Source: Roseobacter sp. (GTDB lineage Bacteria > Pseudomonadota > Alphaproteobacteria > Rhodobacterales > Rhodobacteraceae). From it: 64,000 bases of DNA. The translations under genes and the position numbers were made by a program. Of this stretch, positions 29,180 through 38,399 are shown one piece after another; the stretch's first letter is position 1; each line of letters opens with the position of its first letter. The notes under the pieces are model-generated. The model was not told the origin of the DNA. It searched no databases and saw only the letters and a program-made list of their open reading frames with translations. The stretch covers positions 54,727 through 118,726 of the forward strand of contig NZ_JBGCEQ010000031.1 in assembly GCF_045106495.1 (NCBI RefSeq). Reading direction: 5' to 3'.

Positions 29180-30486
29180 AAGATCTGAGCCCAAAACCTG
29201 GAGAGCTTGATCCGATTGAAACCGCCAGCCGAGACGAGATCATAGCTCTGCAGATTCGGCGGATGAAATGGTCGGTGCGCCATGCCTATGACAACGTGCC
29301 GATGTATCAGGCCCGATTTGATGCCTGTGGCGTCCACCCGGACGATTTGAAAGATCTTAAGGATCTCGCCAAATTTCCGTTCACCTACAAAGATGACCTG
29401 CGCAACAATTATCCTTTCGGCCTGCGCGCCGTACCGAAAGACCAGATCGTGCGGCTTCATGCGTCGTCGGGGACCACGGGCAAGCCTACAGTGGTGGTCT
29501 ACACGGCAAATGATATTGACGTTTGGGCCGACACTCTGGCCCGGTCGTTGCGCGCTTCTGGTTTGCGCAAAGGTGATGTGGTGCACAATGCTTATGGCTA
29601 TGGCCTGTTCACAGGAGGGCTTGGCGCGCATTACGGCATCGAACGGCTGGGTGCAACGGTCGTACCAATGGGGGGTGGGCAAACCGAAAAGCAAGTAAGT
29701 TTGATCACTGATTTTCAGGCTGACGGCATCATGGTGACCCCATCCTATGTGTTCAATATTCTGGAAGAATACCGCAAACAGGGAATGGATCCGCGAGAGT
29801 CATCGCTCAAAGTCGGGGTTTTTGGTGCAGAGCCCTGGACCAACGCGATGCGACATGAGATTGAAGCGGCCTTCGACATGCACGCCGTTGATATCTATGG
29901 TCTCTCGGAAGTTATGGGGCCGGGTGTGGCCAACGAATGCGTTGAAACCAAAGACGGCCTGCACGTCTGGGAAGATCATTACTACCCCGAGATCATCGAT
30001 CCGGTGACGGGTGAAGTTCTGGAAGACGGCTCAGAGGGCGAACTGGTTTTCACGACGCTGACCAAAGAAGGCATGCCGATGATACGTTATCGAACTCGCG
30101 ATCTAACGCGTCTGCTGCCGGGCACCGCGCGTAGTTTGCGTCGAATGGAAAAGATCACCGGGCGCACGGACGACATGATCATTCTGCGTGGCGTAAATGT
30201 GTTTCCCACTCAAATTGAAGAGCAGGTCATGGCCACAGATGGTCTGGCGCCCTATTTCCAGATCGAGCTCTATAAGTCAGGTCCGATGGATGCCATGCGC
30301 GTGTTGGTCGAGGCGAACCCCGGTGCGACCAGCGATTCAAGCCGACGACATGCGCAAGACGCACTGAGCAAACGGATCAAGGACAAGGTCGGTGTAAGCG
30401 CTGAAGTGCGGGTATCTGATCCCGGCGGAGTTGCCCGGAGTGCGGGTAAGGCCGTCCGGGTTATCGACAAGCGAGCGGAAGGGTAG
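29176..30486 (+). CDS. paaK: phenylacetate-CoA ligase PaaK
   Basis: …HASSGTTGKPTVV…, …YGLSE… and a length of 436 aa, in paa gene context. Confidence 0.95.
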   Translation: MKDLSPKPGELDPIETASRDEIIALQIRRMKWSVRHAYDNVPMYQARFDACGVHPDDLKDLKDLAKFPFTYKDDLRNNYPFGLRAVPKDQIVRLHASSGTTGKPTVVVYTANDIDVWADTLARSLRASGLRKGDVVHNAYGYGLFTGGLGAHYGIERLGATVVPMGGGQTEKQVSLITDFQADGIMVTPSYVFNILEEYRKQGMDPRESSLKVGVFGAEPWTNAMRHEIEAAFDMHAVDIYGLSEVMGPGVANECVETKDGLHVWEDHYYPEIIDPVTGEVLEDGSEGELVFTTLTKEGMPMIRYRTRDLTRLLPGTARSLRRMEKITGRTDDMIILRGVNVFPTQIEEQVMATDGLAPYFQIELYKSGPMDAMRVLVEANPGATSDSSRRHAQDALSKRIKDKVGVSAEVRVSDPGGVARSAGKAVRVIDKRAEG

Positions 30487-30489
30487 AAT

Positions 30490-31086
30490 TTGGCGCGCAC
30501 GATCGCAAAGGATTACGATGAAAAACGGGTTCGAATACTAAAAACGGCAGCCAGTGTCTTTGCACGTGAAGGTTTTGCACGCGCCTCGATGAACCAGATT
30601 GCCAAGGAATGCGGTATCTCCAAAGCAAACATTTATCACTACTATGATGGCAAAGATGCGCTGTTGTTCGATATTCTTGAAACCTATTTGTCCGAGTTGC
30701 GCGACAGGGTCTGCAATCTGCATCTGGGTGGTATCAGCGCGCAGGAAAAACTCCACCGGATCGTTTTCGAAGCGCTGCTCGCCTATGAGGGTATGGACAA
30801 CGAGCACAAGATCCAGACGGAAGGCATTCCGCTTCTACCGCCCCAACAACAGGATGTTTTACGCGGTTATCAGCGCGATATGGTGAACCTCTTATCAAAT
30901 GTTTTGAAAGAGAATGCACCTCGTGTTTTTGAAGGCGATAAGGCAAAACTACGGGCGGCGACGATGTCGATTTTTGGCATGCTCAATTGGTTCTACATGT
31001 GGAACAGCAAATCCGACAAGCTTGCGCGTGAAAGCTATTCGGAGCTAGTTGCCAAAATGACTTTGAACGGGATCAAAGGGCTTTAG
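30490..31086 (+). CDS. TetR family transcriptional regulator (putative PaaR)
   Basis: TetR HTH (…FARASMNQIAKECGISKANIYHYY…). The TTG start lies 3 nt after the paaK stop. Confidence 0.8.
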   Translation: MARTIAKDYDEKRVRILKTAASVFAREGFARASMNQIAKECGISKANIYHYYDGKDALLFDILETYLSELRDRVCNLHLGGISAQEKLHRIVFEALLAYEGMDNEHKIQTEGIPLLPPQQQDVLRGYQRDMVNLLSNVLKENAPRVFEGDKAKLRAATMSIFGMLNWFYMWNSKSDKLARESYSELVAKMTLNGIKGL

Positions 31087-31361
31087 CCCTTACGTCATTG
31101 GTGACCATGGCTATGCTGCGTTCGCGATTCAGCGCGCAAATGAGGCCAGCGGAAGCTTGTCGAAAAACGCTATTGCGTCGGTTAGTACGGTCTTCAGCGA
31201 ATGGGCTCGAGAACTGATAAGGGATGCATCCGGGATGGTTTTACCGCCCTGGAGGGTTCCTTCAGGAATGGGTCGATTGCGCTGCTCACCTTGAATTTAA
31301 GAGTGGTTCTCCGACAGATGTGCGGAGAAATTGCATGAAAACAGAGGTGGTGAACTAGCCG

Positions 31362-32438
31362 TCAGTGCCCGCCACCGTCATAATCGATCGCAACCTTGTC
31401 GGTCAGCGCGAAGGATTGACAAGCCAGGATGAAGCCCTGCTCGACTTCATAGTCCTCCAGCGCGTGGTTCGCGGCCATCTCGACCCGGCCCTCTTTGATC
31501 CGGCACATACACGTAGAGCAAACACCTGCTTTACAGGCAAAAGGCGCATCGAGCGCGTTTTCCAACACTGCCTCCAGAATTGATGTGTTCTTGTCGGCTG
31601 TGAGAGAACGCTTAGCGCCGTCAATTATAACGGTGAGCTCGTAAGTATGGTGTGCGACGTCGCGAGCGGTGCCATTTGCTGGCCTTGCTAACTTACCAGG
31701 CTGACCGCTGGCAAAAAGCTCGAACTTGATCTGCTCCTTGTCAAGACCATGAGCTTTCAAAGCCGCAGAAATGCCAAGCATCATCGGTTCGGGCCCGCAG
31801 ATGAACGCGGTGTCTACCGAGGTCACGTCGACCCATTGTTTGAAAAGCTCGGCGCATTTTTCTTCCGTCACCCGGCCCGTGAATAGGTCGATGTCCTGGC
31901 TGTCCTGCTCCAGCACATGGATCACCGCCAGTCGCCCCATATAGTCGTTCTTGAGATCCTCAAGCTCTTCGCGAAACATGATCGTGTTCACGCCCCGGTT
32001 GGCATATATTAGCGTAAACGAGCTGCCCGGTTCTTCTGCCAGAACGGTGCGCAGGATTGATAGGACCGGCGTGATACCTGAGCCACCCGCAAAACCGAGG
32101 TAGTTCTTGGCTTTACTCGGTTCGATTGCAGCGTGAAAATTGCCGGCCGGCCGCATTGCTTCGAGTGTTTGACCAACGGTCAATTCGGTATTTGCCCAGG
32201 TTGAGAAGGCGCCGCCATCCACGCGTTTGATCCCGACTTGTAGGTGGGGCGCACCGCGTTCTACGCAAATCGAGTAGGATCGGCGGATTTCTGTGCCGTC
32301 GAAGTCACGCCGGAAAGTCAGGTACTGACCGTGGGTGAAGTCGAAATCCGCACCAGTACCGGGTTGAAGCGTGACAACGACCGCATCCTTGATCGTCTTT
32401 TCAATGCCTGTAACGGTCAGTTCATGAAAGCGCGCCAA
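31362..32438 (-). CDS. paaE: phenylacetyl-CoA epoxidase reductase subunit PaaE
   Basis: FNR-like FAD/NAD module (…RSYSI…, …GGSGITP…) plus a C-terminal plant-type 2Fe-2S (…CKAGVCSTCMC…). Confidence 0.9.
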   Translation of the reverse strand: MARFHELTVTGIEKTIKDAVVVTLQPGTGADFDFTHGQYLTFRRDFDGTEIRRSYSICVERGAPHLQVGIKRVDGGAFSTWANTELTVGQTLEAMRPAGNFHAAIEPSKAKNYLGFAGGSGITPVLSILRTVLAEEPGSSFTLIYANRGVNTIMFREELEDLKNDYMGRLAVIHVLEQDSQDIDLFTGRVTEEKCAELFKQWVDVTSVDTAFICGPEPMMLGISAALKAHGLDKEQIKFELFASGQPGKLARPANGTARDVAHHTYELTVIIDGAKRSLTADKNTSILEAVLENALDAPFACKAGVCSTCMCRIKEGRVEMAANHALEDYEVEQGFILACQSFALTDKVAIDYDGGGH

Positions 32439-32833
32439 AACGTTTCTCCATTTTGTTCAAGCATGACGGAACAATTTTGACGTGATGCAACAACGCCATC
32501 GGGCAGCTGGGCAGGCTGAAGTTGGTTCGTGCAACCCTTGCTCAACAGGTTCTTTTCGTCGGTCGCGTCTGGTGACATCTTTTCGGTCACCATCAAAAGG
32601 GCAGTTTCTGACATGTTGTCGTCAACTTCGCTGGCCGCAACCGCACCAAAGAAGGGCACTGGCGCGCCAATTTGGATATACGGGACCAGATAGCCCACGA
32701 TGATTGCATCTTGCTGAGCAACTTTCTTTAACAGACCGGTATCGCGCGTTGCTGTCGCTTTGGACGTCGCATCGACAGCAGCTTGCAGGCTGGCGGGTGC
32801 ATCAAACACGTGCTGTTCCCCACTTAGATACAT
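32417..32833 (-). CDS. hypothetical protein inserted between paaD and paaE
   Basis: A 138-aa ORF fills the 385-bp paaD-paaE gap exactly. It overlaps the paaD stop by 10 nt and the paaE start by 22 nt. Third-codon positions look G/C-enriched by eye. I recognise no motif. An alternative GTG start lies at 32809 after GGGGAA. Confidence 0.5.
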   Translation of the reverse strand: MYLSGEQHVFDAPASLQAAVDATSKATATRDTGLLKKVAQQDAIIVGYLVPYIQIGAPVPFFGAVAASEVDDNMSETALLMVTEKMSPDATDEKNLLSKGCTNQLQPAQLPDGVVASRQNCSVMLEQNGETFWRAFMN

Positions 32834-33282
32834 TTGAAGTAGTCAAAGGGCTCCAGACAGGCGTTGCAGCGCCAGTGGGCCTTGCAGGGTGTCGAACCAA
32901 ATTGGCTTACAAGCGAGACGTTCCTGTCATGGCATTGCGGACAGCGCTCAGGTCCTCCGGTAATTCGAGGCGGGGCAATGCCATATTCTTCAAGCTTGGC
33001 GCGCCCTTTGTCGGAAAGCCAATCGGTTGTCCAGGGCGGAGAAATCTGGGTCTTGATGCGAATATCATTCAAGCCCCGATCACGTAGTGCCGTCTCGATG
33101 TCCATGGATATGACACGCGTGGCTGGACAGCCGGAATAAGTCGGAGTTACTGCAACTTCCAGCGTATCCTGATCCCATGCCAGATTGCGCACGATGCCCA
33201 GATCCACGACTGAGATTACGGGGATTTCAGGGTCTGGTACGGCATCAAGCCAGGTCCAGATATCGTCGACATCGGGTTTCAT
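32824..33282 (-). CDS. paaD: phenylacetyl-CoA epoxidase subunit PaaD
   Basis: DUF59-like N-terminal part (…DPEIPVISVVDLGIV…) plus a C-terminal Cys cluster (…CPQCH…CNACLEPFDYFK…). Confidence 0.9.
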   Translation of the reverse strand: MKPDVDDIWTWLDAVPDPEIPVISVVDLGIVRNLAWDQDTLEVAVTPTYSGCPATRVISMDIETALRDRGLNDIRIKTQISPPWTTDWLSDKGRAKLEEYGIAPPRITGGPERCPQCHDRNVSLVSQFGSTPCKAHWRCNACLEPFDYFKCI

Positions 33283-33284
33283 CG

Positions 33285-34049
33285 CTACCAGCTCAAGCCT
33301 GGGTAGGCGCGCTGCAGATATTGCATTTGCGACAGCATGTGACCCAGGTGTTCCGTGTGTCTAAAGCCGTTCTTGCCGCCCTTGTGGGCAAATTCGTTTG
33401 CGGGCTGGGTCAAAGTCGCTTTGCCAAAAACCTGCGCGTATTTCGCAAAACAATCATCTCTCAACTGCGAAGGTAGAGGGGCGATTCCCTCTTCCTCGAC
33501 GGCGATGTCCGCCTCATCGTCATGATACATCTCGCCTACGTAGGTCCAAAGCGCATCCAACGCCGATTGCATTCGGTCGTGGCTTTCCTGTGTTCCATCA
33601 CCAAGGGCGATTACCATCTCGGAGGAGCGGGTAAGATGGTATTGAACTTCCTTGATGGATTTGGCGGCGATCTCGCTGACTTGCGTGTTTGACGAAGACT
33701 GCAACTGATCCAATTGGGCGAGATGCCAGGTATCGAACAGGAACTGACGCATCATCGTATGGCCGAAGTCCACGTTGGGACGCTCGACCAGCAAAATGTT
33801 CCGGAAATCGATTGCATCGCGGAGCATTGCCAAATCGTCGGCACTCCGGTTCTCGCCTTCGACCTCGCCTGCGAGACCCAGCCACATTTGGGTCTGGCCA
33901 ATCAAGTCAAGCGCGATATTTGCCAGTGCTATGTCTTCTTCCAGTGCGGGGGCCAGGCCACACCATTCACTGATACGATGACCCAACACCAAGGTGTTGT
34001 CGCCCGTGCGACACAAGAACGCGAAGATTTCGTTTTGAGGACCCATCAC
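33285..34049 (-). CDS. paaC: phenylacetyl-CoA epoxidase subunit PaaC
   Basis: 254-aa ferritin-like subunit. It sits between paaB and paaD with overlapping stop and start codons. Confidence 0.9.
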   Translation of the reverse strand: MMGPQNEIFAFLCRTGDNTLVLGHRISEWCGLAPALEEDIALANIALDLIGQTQMWLGLAGEVEGENRSADDLAMLRDAIDFRNILLVERPNVDFGHTMMRQFLFDTWHLAQLDQLQSSSNTQVSEIAAKSIKEVQYHLTRSSEMVIALGDGTQESHDRMQSALDALWTYVGEMYHDDEADIAVEEEGIAPLPSQLRDDCFAKYAQVFGKATLTQPANEFAHKGGKNGFRHTEHLGHMLSQMQYLQRAYPGLSW

Positions 34050-34354
34050 ATCGCTCCTACATCATCTGGAATGTCGAAATAGGTGGGATGCCGGTAGACT
34101 TTGGACTGCGACGGTTCATACATCGGACCCTTGTCGGAGGGCGATGATGCTGTGATTTGAGCTGTTGGTAGAACCCAAATGCTCACCCCTTCGTTACGGC
34201 GAGTGTAAACATCGCGCGCATTCAGGATTGCCATCTCGGCATTCGCAGCATGGAGCGAGCCCACATGGCGGTGCGCCATCCCGTGTTGACCACGGATGAA
34301 CACTTCCCAAAGCGGCCATTCACGGCGGGGCGGGGTCTTGGCTTGATCGCTCAT
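34046..34354 (-). CDS. paaB: phenylacetyl-CoA epoxidase subunit PaaB
   Basis: 102 aa with …[13 protein letters not shown]…HVGSLHA… typical of PaaB. Confidence 0.95.
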   Translation of the reverse strand: MSDQAKTPPRREWPLWEVFIRGQHGMAHRHVGSLHAANAEMAILNARDVYTRRNEGVSIWVLPTAQITASSPSDKGPMYEPSQSKVYRHPTYFDIPDDVGAM

Positions 34355-35328
34355 TCGGCTGCAACCTTTCGTGCTGCTGTTTTCTCGGCATGGGCCATCA
34401 ACCCATCACGGACCCATGCTCCCTCATCCCAGGCCTTGTTGCGTGCGGCCATACGGTCGGCGTTGCACGGGCCATTGCCTTGGATAACGTCGTAGAATTC
34501 CTGCCAGTCGGGTTGCGAATAGTCATAACCATCCTTTTCCTCATTCCAGGTCAGGTCTTCATCCGGCACAGACAATCCCAGGTATTCAGCTTGCGGGACG
34601 GTTGCATCGACGAATTTCTGTCGCAGCTCATCATTGGTGTTCATCTTGATTTTCCAGCGCATGGATTGCGTGGAATGTACTGAATCTTTGTCCGATGGGC
34701 CGAACATCATTAATGCGGGATACCAAAATCGGTTGAGCGCATCCTGCGCCATTTTCTTTTGAGAAGGCGCGCCCTTCGACATCTTCATCATAATGTCGAA
34801 GCCCTGACGCTGATGAAAGCTCTCCTCTTTGCAGACTCGGATCATCGCGCGGGAGTACGGCCCAAAGGACGTGCGCTGCAATGGCACCTGGTTCATGATC
34901 GCGGCGCCATCGACCAGCCAACCCACCGCGCCCATATCAGCCCAGGTGAGCGTCGGGTAATTGAAGATCGAGCTGTATTTCATGCGGCCATCGAGCAGCA
35001 TTTCGGTCAGTTCATCGCGGCTGACGCCAAGGGTTTCGGCAGCGCAATAGAGGTATAGGCCATGCCCTGCCTCGTCTTGGATCTTGGCCAACAAGATTGC
35101 CTTGCGCTCCAACGTGGGCGCGCGGCTTAACCAGTTACCTTCTGGCAGCTGGCCGACGATTTCGGAATGAGCATGCTGCCCGATCTGGCGGATCAGAGTT
35201 TTGCGATAGCCCGCAGGCATCCAGTCTTTCGGCTCAATTTTTTCGCCAGCATCGATGCGTGCCTGAAAGGCGGCGAGCTTTTCGGGGTCTTCCTGTGTTG
35301 CTTCGGTTTCAACCATTTGGGCATACAT
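34351..35328 (-). CDS. paaA: phenylacetyl-CoA epoxidase catalytic subunit PaaA
   Basis: Di-iron ferritin-like motifs (…QHAHSEI…, …DEAGHG…, …EESFH…). The start is at ATG 35328 (MYAQMVE…). Confidence 0.95.
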   Translation of the reverse strand: MYAQMVETEATQEDPEKLAAFQARIDAGEKIEPKDWMPAGYRKTLIRQIGQHAHSEIVGQLPEGNWLSRAPTLERKAILLAKIQDEAGHGLYLYCAAETLGVSRDELTEMLLDGRMKYSSIFNYPTLTWADMGAVGWLVDGAAIMNQVPLQRTSFGPYSRAMIRVCKEESFHQRQGFDIMMKMSKGAPSQKKMAQDALNRFWYPALMMFGPSDKDSVHSTQSMRWKIKMNTNDELRQKFVDATVPQAEYLGLSVPDEDLTWNEEKDGYDYSQPDWQEFYDVIQGNGPCNADRMAARNKAWDEGAWVRDGLMAHAEKTAARKVAAE

Positions 35329-35341
35329 GGCTTGTTCTCCT

Positions 35342-36547
35342 TTAAACGCGTTCCAGGATAAGTGCAGTACCCTGACCGACGCCCACACACATGGTGCACA
35401 GCGCATAGCGACCTTTGGTCCGCTGCAACTGATAAGCGGCTGTCAGTACAAGCCGCGCGCCGGACATGCCAAGCGGGTGGCCCATGGCAATCGCGCCGCC
35501 ATTGGGGTTCACATGGGGCGCATCATCGGCGACACCCAAGCGCCGCAATGTCGCGAGGGCTTGGCTCGCAAAGGCCTCGTTAAGCTCGATCACGTCCATC
35601 TGATCAATCGTAAGGCCTGCTCTTTTCAAGACTTTCTCACTGGCCGGAGCAGGCCCTATGCCCATTACGCGGGGTGCGACGCCGACGGATGACATGGCAA
35701 TGATCCGTGCCATGGGTGCCAAGTTACTGGCTTTGGCTGCTTGTTCCGAGACAATCAACAAGGCGGCAGCCCCGTCGTTGACGCCGGACGCGTTGCCAGC
35801 GGTAACGCTCAGGTCAGGGCCATTGATGCCTTTCAGTTTGTTAAGTTTTTCAACTGTGGTGCCCGGGCGCGGGTGTTCATCACCTGCGACGATAATCGGA
35901 TCACCCTTGCGTTGAGGTACAGAGACGGGGACGATTTCGTCCGTAAAACTTCCGGCTTGCTGGGCGGCAAACCAGCGGTCTTGACTGCGAACGGCAAAGG
36001 CATCCTGGTCAACACGGCTGATCGCATCTTCCTCAGCCACATTGTCTGCAGTCTGCGGCATGGAGTCGATGCCGTATTGCGCCTCCATTATTGGGTTCAC
36101 GAAGCGCCAGCCAATGGTCGTATCATAGAGGGCGTTGGCGCGGTCAAAAGCGCTGTTGGCCTTTGGCATGACAAATGGGGCGCGGCTCATGCTTTCAACG
36201 CCGCCTGCAATGGTGACGTCACAATCGCCTGCTTTTATGCTCCGAGCAGCGACACCCACAGCGTCCATTCCACTGGCGCAAAGGCGGTTTACAGTCATAG
36301 CTGGAACGGTTTCCGGCAAGCCAGCCAACAAGGCTGCCATACGCGCAACGTTCCGATTATCTTCGCCGGCTTGGTTGGCCGAACCAAAGATTACCTCGTC
36401 GATGAGCGATAGGTCCAAAGTCGGATTGCGTTCGACTAAGGCTGCGATCGGTAAAGCTGCCAAGTCGTCTGTGCGGATAGAGGACAAAGCGCCGCCATAT
36501 CGGCCAATGGGCGTTCGGACACCATCGCATATCAGGGCTTGCACCAT
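35342..36547 (-). CDS. paaJ: 3-oxoadipyl-CoA / 3-oxo-5,6-dehydrosuberyl-CoA thiolase PaaJ
   Basis: Thiolase motifs (…[12 protein letters not shown]…, …[14 protein letters not shown]…, …CVGVGQG…). It is the first gene of the paaJABCD-orf-E strand. Confidence 0.9.
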   Translation of the reverse strand: MVQALICDGVRTPIGRYGGALSSIRTDDLAALPIAALVERNPTLDLSLIDEVIFGSANQAGEDNRNVARMAALLAGLPETVPAMTVNRLCASGMDAVGVAARSIKAGDCDVTIAGGVESMSRAPFVMPKANSAFDRANALYDTTIGWRFVNPIMEAQYGIDSMPQTADNVAEEDAISRVDQDAFAVRSQDRWFAAQQAGSFTDEIVPVSVPQRKGDPIIVAGDEHPRPGTTVEKLNKLKGINGPDLSVTAGNASGVNDGAAALLIVSEQAAKASNLAPMARIIAMSSVGVAPRVMGIGPAPASEKVLKRAGLTIDQMDVIELNEAFASQALATLRRLGVADDAPHVNPNGGAIAMGHPLGMSGARLVLTAAYQLQRTKGRYALCTMCVGVGQGTALILERV

Positions 36548-36562
36548 GTTCTCCCTAAATTA

Positions 36563-36580
36563 ATCGACCGATCGGTCGAT
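36563..36580. promoter_or_regulatory. perfect 18-bp palindrome ATCGACCGATCGGTCGAT upstream of paaJ (candidate TetR/PaaR operator)
   Basis: It starts 16 nt upstream of the paaJ start codon. Its core GACCG-AT-CGGTC matches the site at 28253-28264. Confidence 0.55.
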
Positions 36581-36680
36581 ATATGATAACCATAATTCTC
36601 ACAATAATAGGTTACAGTATGATCATCTGCAAGAAAATGTGTAACTTATGAAAAAAGTGGCGCCGAAGTATAAATGCCTT

Positions 36681-36703
36681 TGCACTATTATGCAAATCAT
36701 GCA
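36681..36703. promoter_or_regulatory. three phased TGCA boxes upstream of the TRAP dctP gene (candidate BoxR/BzdR-type operator)
   Basis: TGCACTATTATGCAAATCATGCA. The 12-mer CACTATTATGCA recurs with one mismatch at 46887-46898. The 9-mer TGCACTATT recurs inverted at 41816-41824. Confidence 0.4.
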
Positions 36704-36740
36704 ATATAACGCATAACTAAAGAAGAATGGGAGGAATAAT

Positions 36741-37772
36741 ATGATTAATCGAAGGACGCTGATGTACGCCTTGAGTGCCGCCGCGGTCGCAATTGCCGAA
36801 CCTGCTGCTGCTCAAGAGTTCGAGTTCAACTTGCAAAGTTTCTTACCTGCGCAAGCTACGATTCCCTCAAAGATCGTTGATGTCTGGGCTGATAAGATCG
36901 AAGCCGATTCGGAAGGCCGGATCAAGATCAATCGTTACGCATCGATGCAACTTGGTGGCAAGCCGCCTGAATTGCTGGATCAGGTCATTGATGGCGTTAC
37001 GGATATGACTTGGAACGTGATCGGATATACACCAGGGCGCTTCCCGTCCACCGAAGTGTTTGAACTTCCATTTCTGGTGAACGATGCCAAGCCCGCGTCG
37101 GCAGCTTTCTGGACGATGCTGGAAGAAGATATCGCAGAGCGCGAGTTCTCTGACGTCAAGGTTCTGGGCGGCTGGGTTCATGGTCCTGGCGTGATTCACA
37201 CAAACAAAGAAGTCACGTCACCGTCTGATTTCAACGGCATGAAAATCCGAGGCGCATCCCGTCAGGTAAACACCTTGTTGAGCACGTTGGGTGCTACACC
37301 AGTAGGAATGCCCGTGCCTGCCGTTCCAGAAGCTTTGTCCAAAGGCGTTATCGATGGCACCACGATCCCTTGGGAAGTGACTAAGGCGCTAAAGGTTCCC
37401 GAGTTGGTCGAGAACCATACCGAGTTCACCGGGCCGATGATGTATACGGTTACCTTTGTGCTGGCCATGAACAAAGGAAAATACGAAGCGCTTCCGGATG
37501 ATCTCAAGGCGGTCATCGACGAACATTCCGGCATGGCGTTCTCAGTCTTTGCCGGTGAAGTTCAGCAAGCCTACGACGAGCCCGCGCGTGAGATCGCATT
37601 GGATCGTGGTAACAACGTTGTCACGCTCGACGCAACACAATCCCAAGCATGGGCAGATGCCGCGCAGCCGGTGTATAAGTCCTGGATTGCCGAAATGAAC
37701 GAAAACGGCATTGACGGACAGGCGCTGATTGACCGTGCCAAGGCTTTGATGGCAGAAAACTCCGGCTTGTAA
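36741..37772 (+). CDS. TRAP transporter solute-binding protein DctP family
   Basis: 343 aa with a signal peptide (…AAVAIAEPAAAQE). It is followed by DctQ and DctM. Confidence 0.9.
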   Translation: MINRRTLMYALSAAAVAIAEPAAAQEFEFNLQSFLPAQATIPSKIVDVWADKIEADSEGRIKINRYASMQLGGKPPELLDQVIDGVTDMTWNVIGYTPGRFPSTEVFELPFLVNDAKPASAAFWTMLEEDIAEREFSDVKVLGGWVHGPGVIHTNKEVTSPSDFNGMKIRGASRQVNTLLSTLGATPVGMPVPAVPEALSKGVIDGTTIPWEVTKALKVPELVENHTEFTGPMMYTVTFVLAMNKGKYEALPDDLKAVIDEHSGMAFSVFAGEVQQAYDEPAREIALDRGNNVVTLDATQSQAWADAAQPVYKSWIAEMNENGIDGQALIDRAKALMAENSGL

Positions 37773-37838
37773 TTTGATATGGCGCGTCCTGACTGCTAGG
37801 GCGTGCCTCCCATGACATGCACGTGTAAGGGAACAGCG

Positions 37839-38399
37839 GTGCACACTCTAATCGTCCGTCTGGCGCATGTTATGGCTCATTTGGGCGGTCTCGTCCTTTG
37901 CCTGTTGATCTTATTGACGTGTCTTTCCATTTCCGGCCGCGTTTTGAATGGTGTTCTACATGGCTGGGTCGAAACACTTGCGCCCGGCTTTGCCGGGTGG
38001 GCACTAAATCTTGGAATTGGGCCAATCAACGGCGATTTCGAGATCGTTGAAGCGGGTGTGGCTTTTGCCATCTTTGCTTTCCTGCCGCTTTGCCAATTGA
38101 CGTCTGGCCATGCGGTTGTGGACGTGTTTACCACGAATCTTTCACCTCGCGTGAACAGGATCTTGCGCATGGTGACAGAGGTGGTCTTTGCGTCAGTGCT
38201 GATACTGATTGCGGTTCAGCTTTTTGCCGGGATGCAGTCGAAGTTCAGGTTCGGCGAAAACACCTTCATTCTGCAGTTTCCGGTCTGGTGGGGGTATGCC
38301 GCCAGTTTGTTTGCATCCGTCGCCGCGGTCATTGTGGGCGTCTACATGGCGGTCCAGCGCATACGCGAATGCGCGCATGGCAGGGATCTGCTTCCGTGA
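37839..38399 (+). CDS. TRAP transporter small permease DctQ family
   Basis: Small membrane protein with 4 TM helices. The start is uncertain (GTG 37839 after AAGGGA, or ATG 37812 / GTG 37803). The stop overlaps the DctM GTG (GTGA). Confidence 0.8.
   Translation: MHTLIVRLAHVMAHLGGLVLCLLILLTCLSISGRVLNGVLHGWVETLAPGFAGWALNLGIGPINGDFEIVEAGVAFAIFAFLPLCQLTSGHAVVDVFTTNLSPRVNRILRMVTEVVFASVLILIAVQLFAGMQSKFRFGENTFILQFPVWWGYAASLFASVAAVIVGVYMAVQRIRECAHGRDLLP

Noticed and set aside
38090-38395. N-terminal 100-aa extension of the 600-aa ORF-track version of DctM.
   Set aside because: It overlaps the DctQ gene in another frame and is Arg/Cys-rich and non-membrane. A GTG at 38396 forms a GTGA stop-start overlap with DctQ and gives a normal DctM N-terminus.
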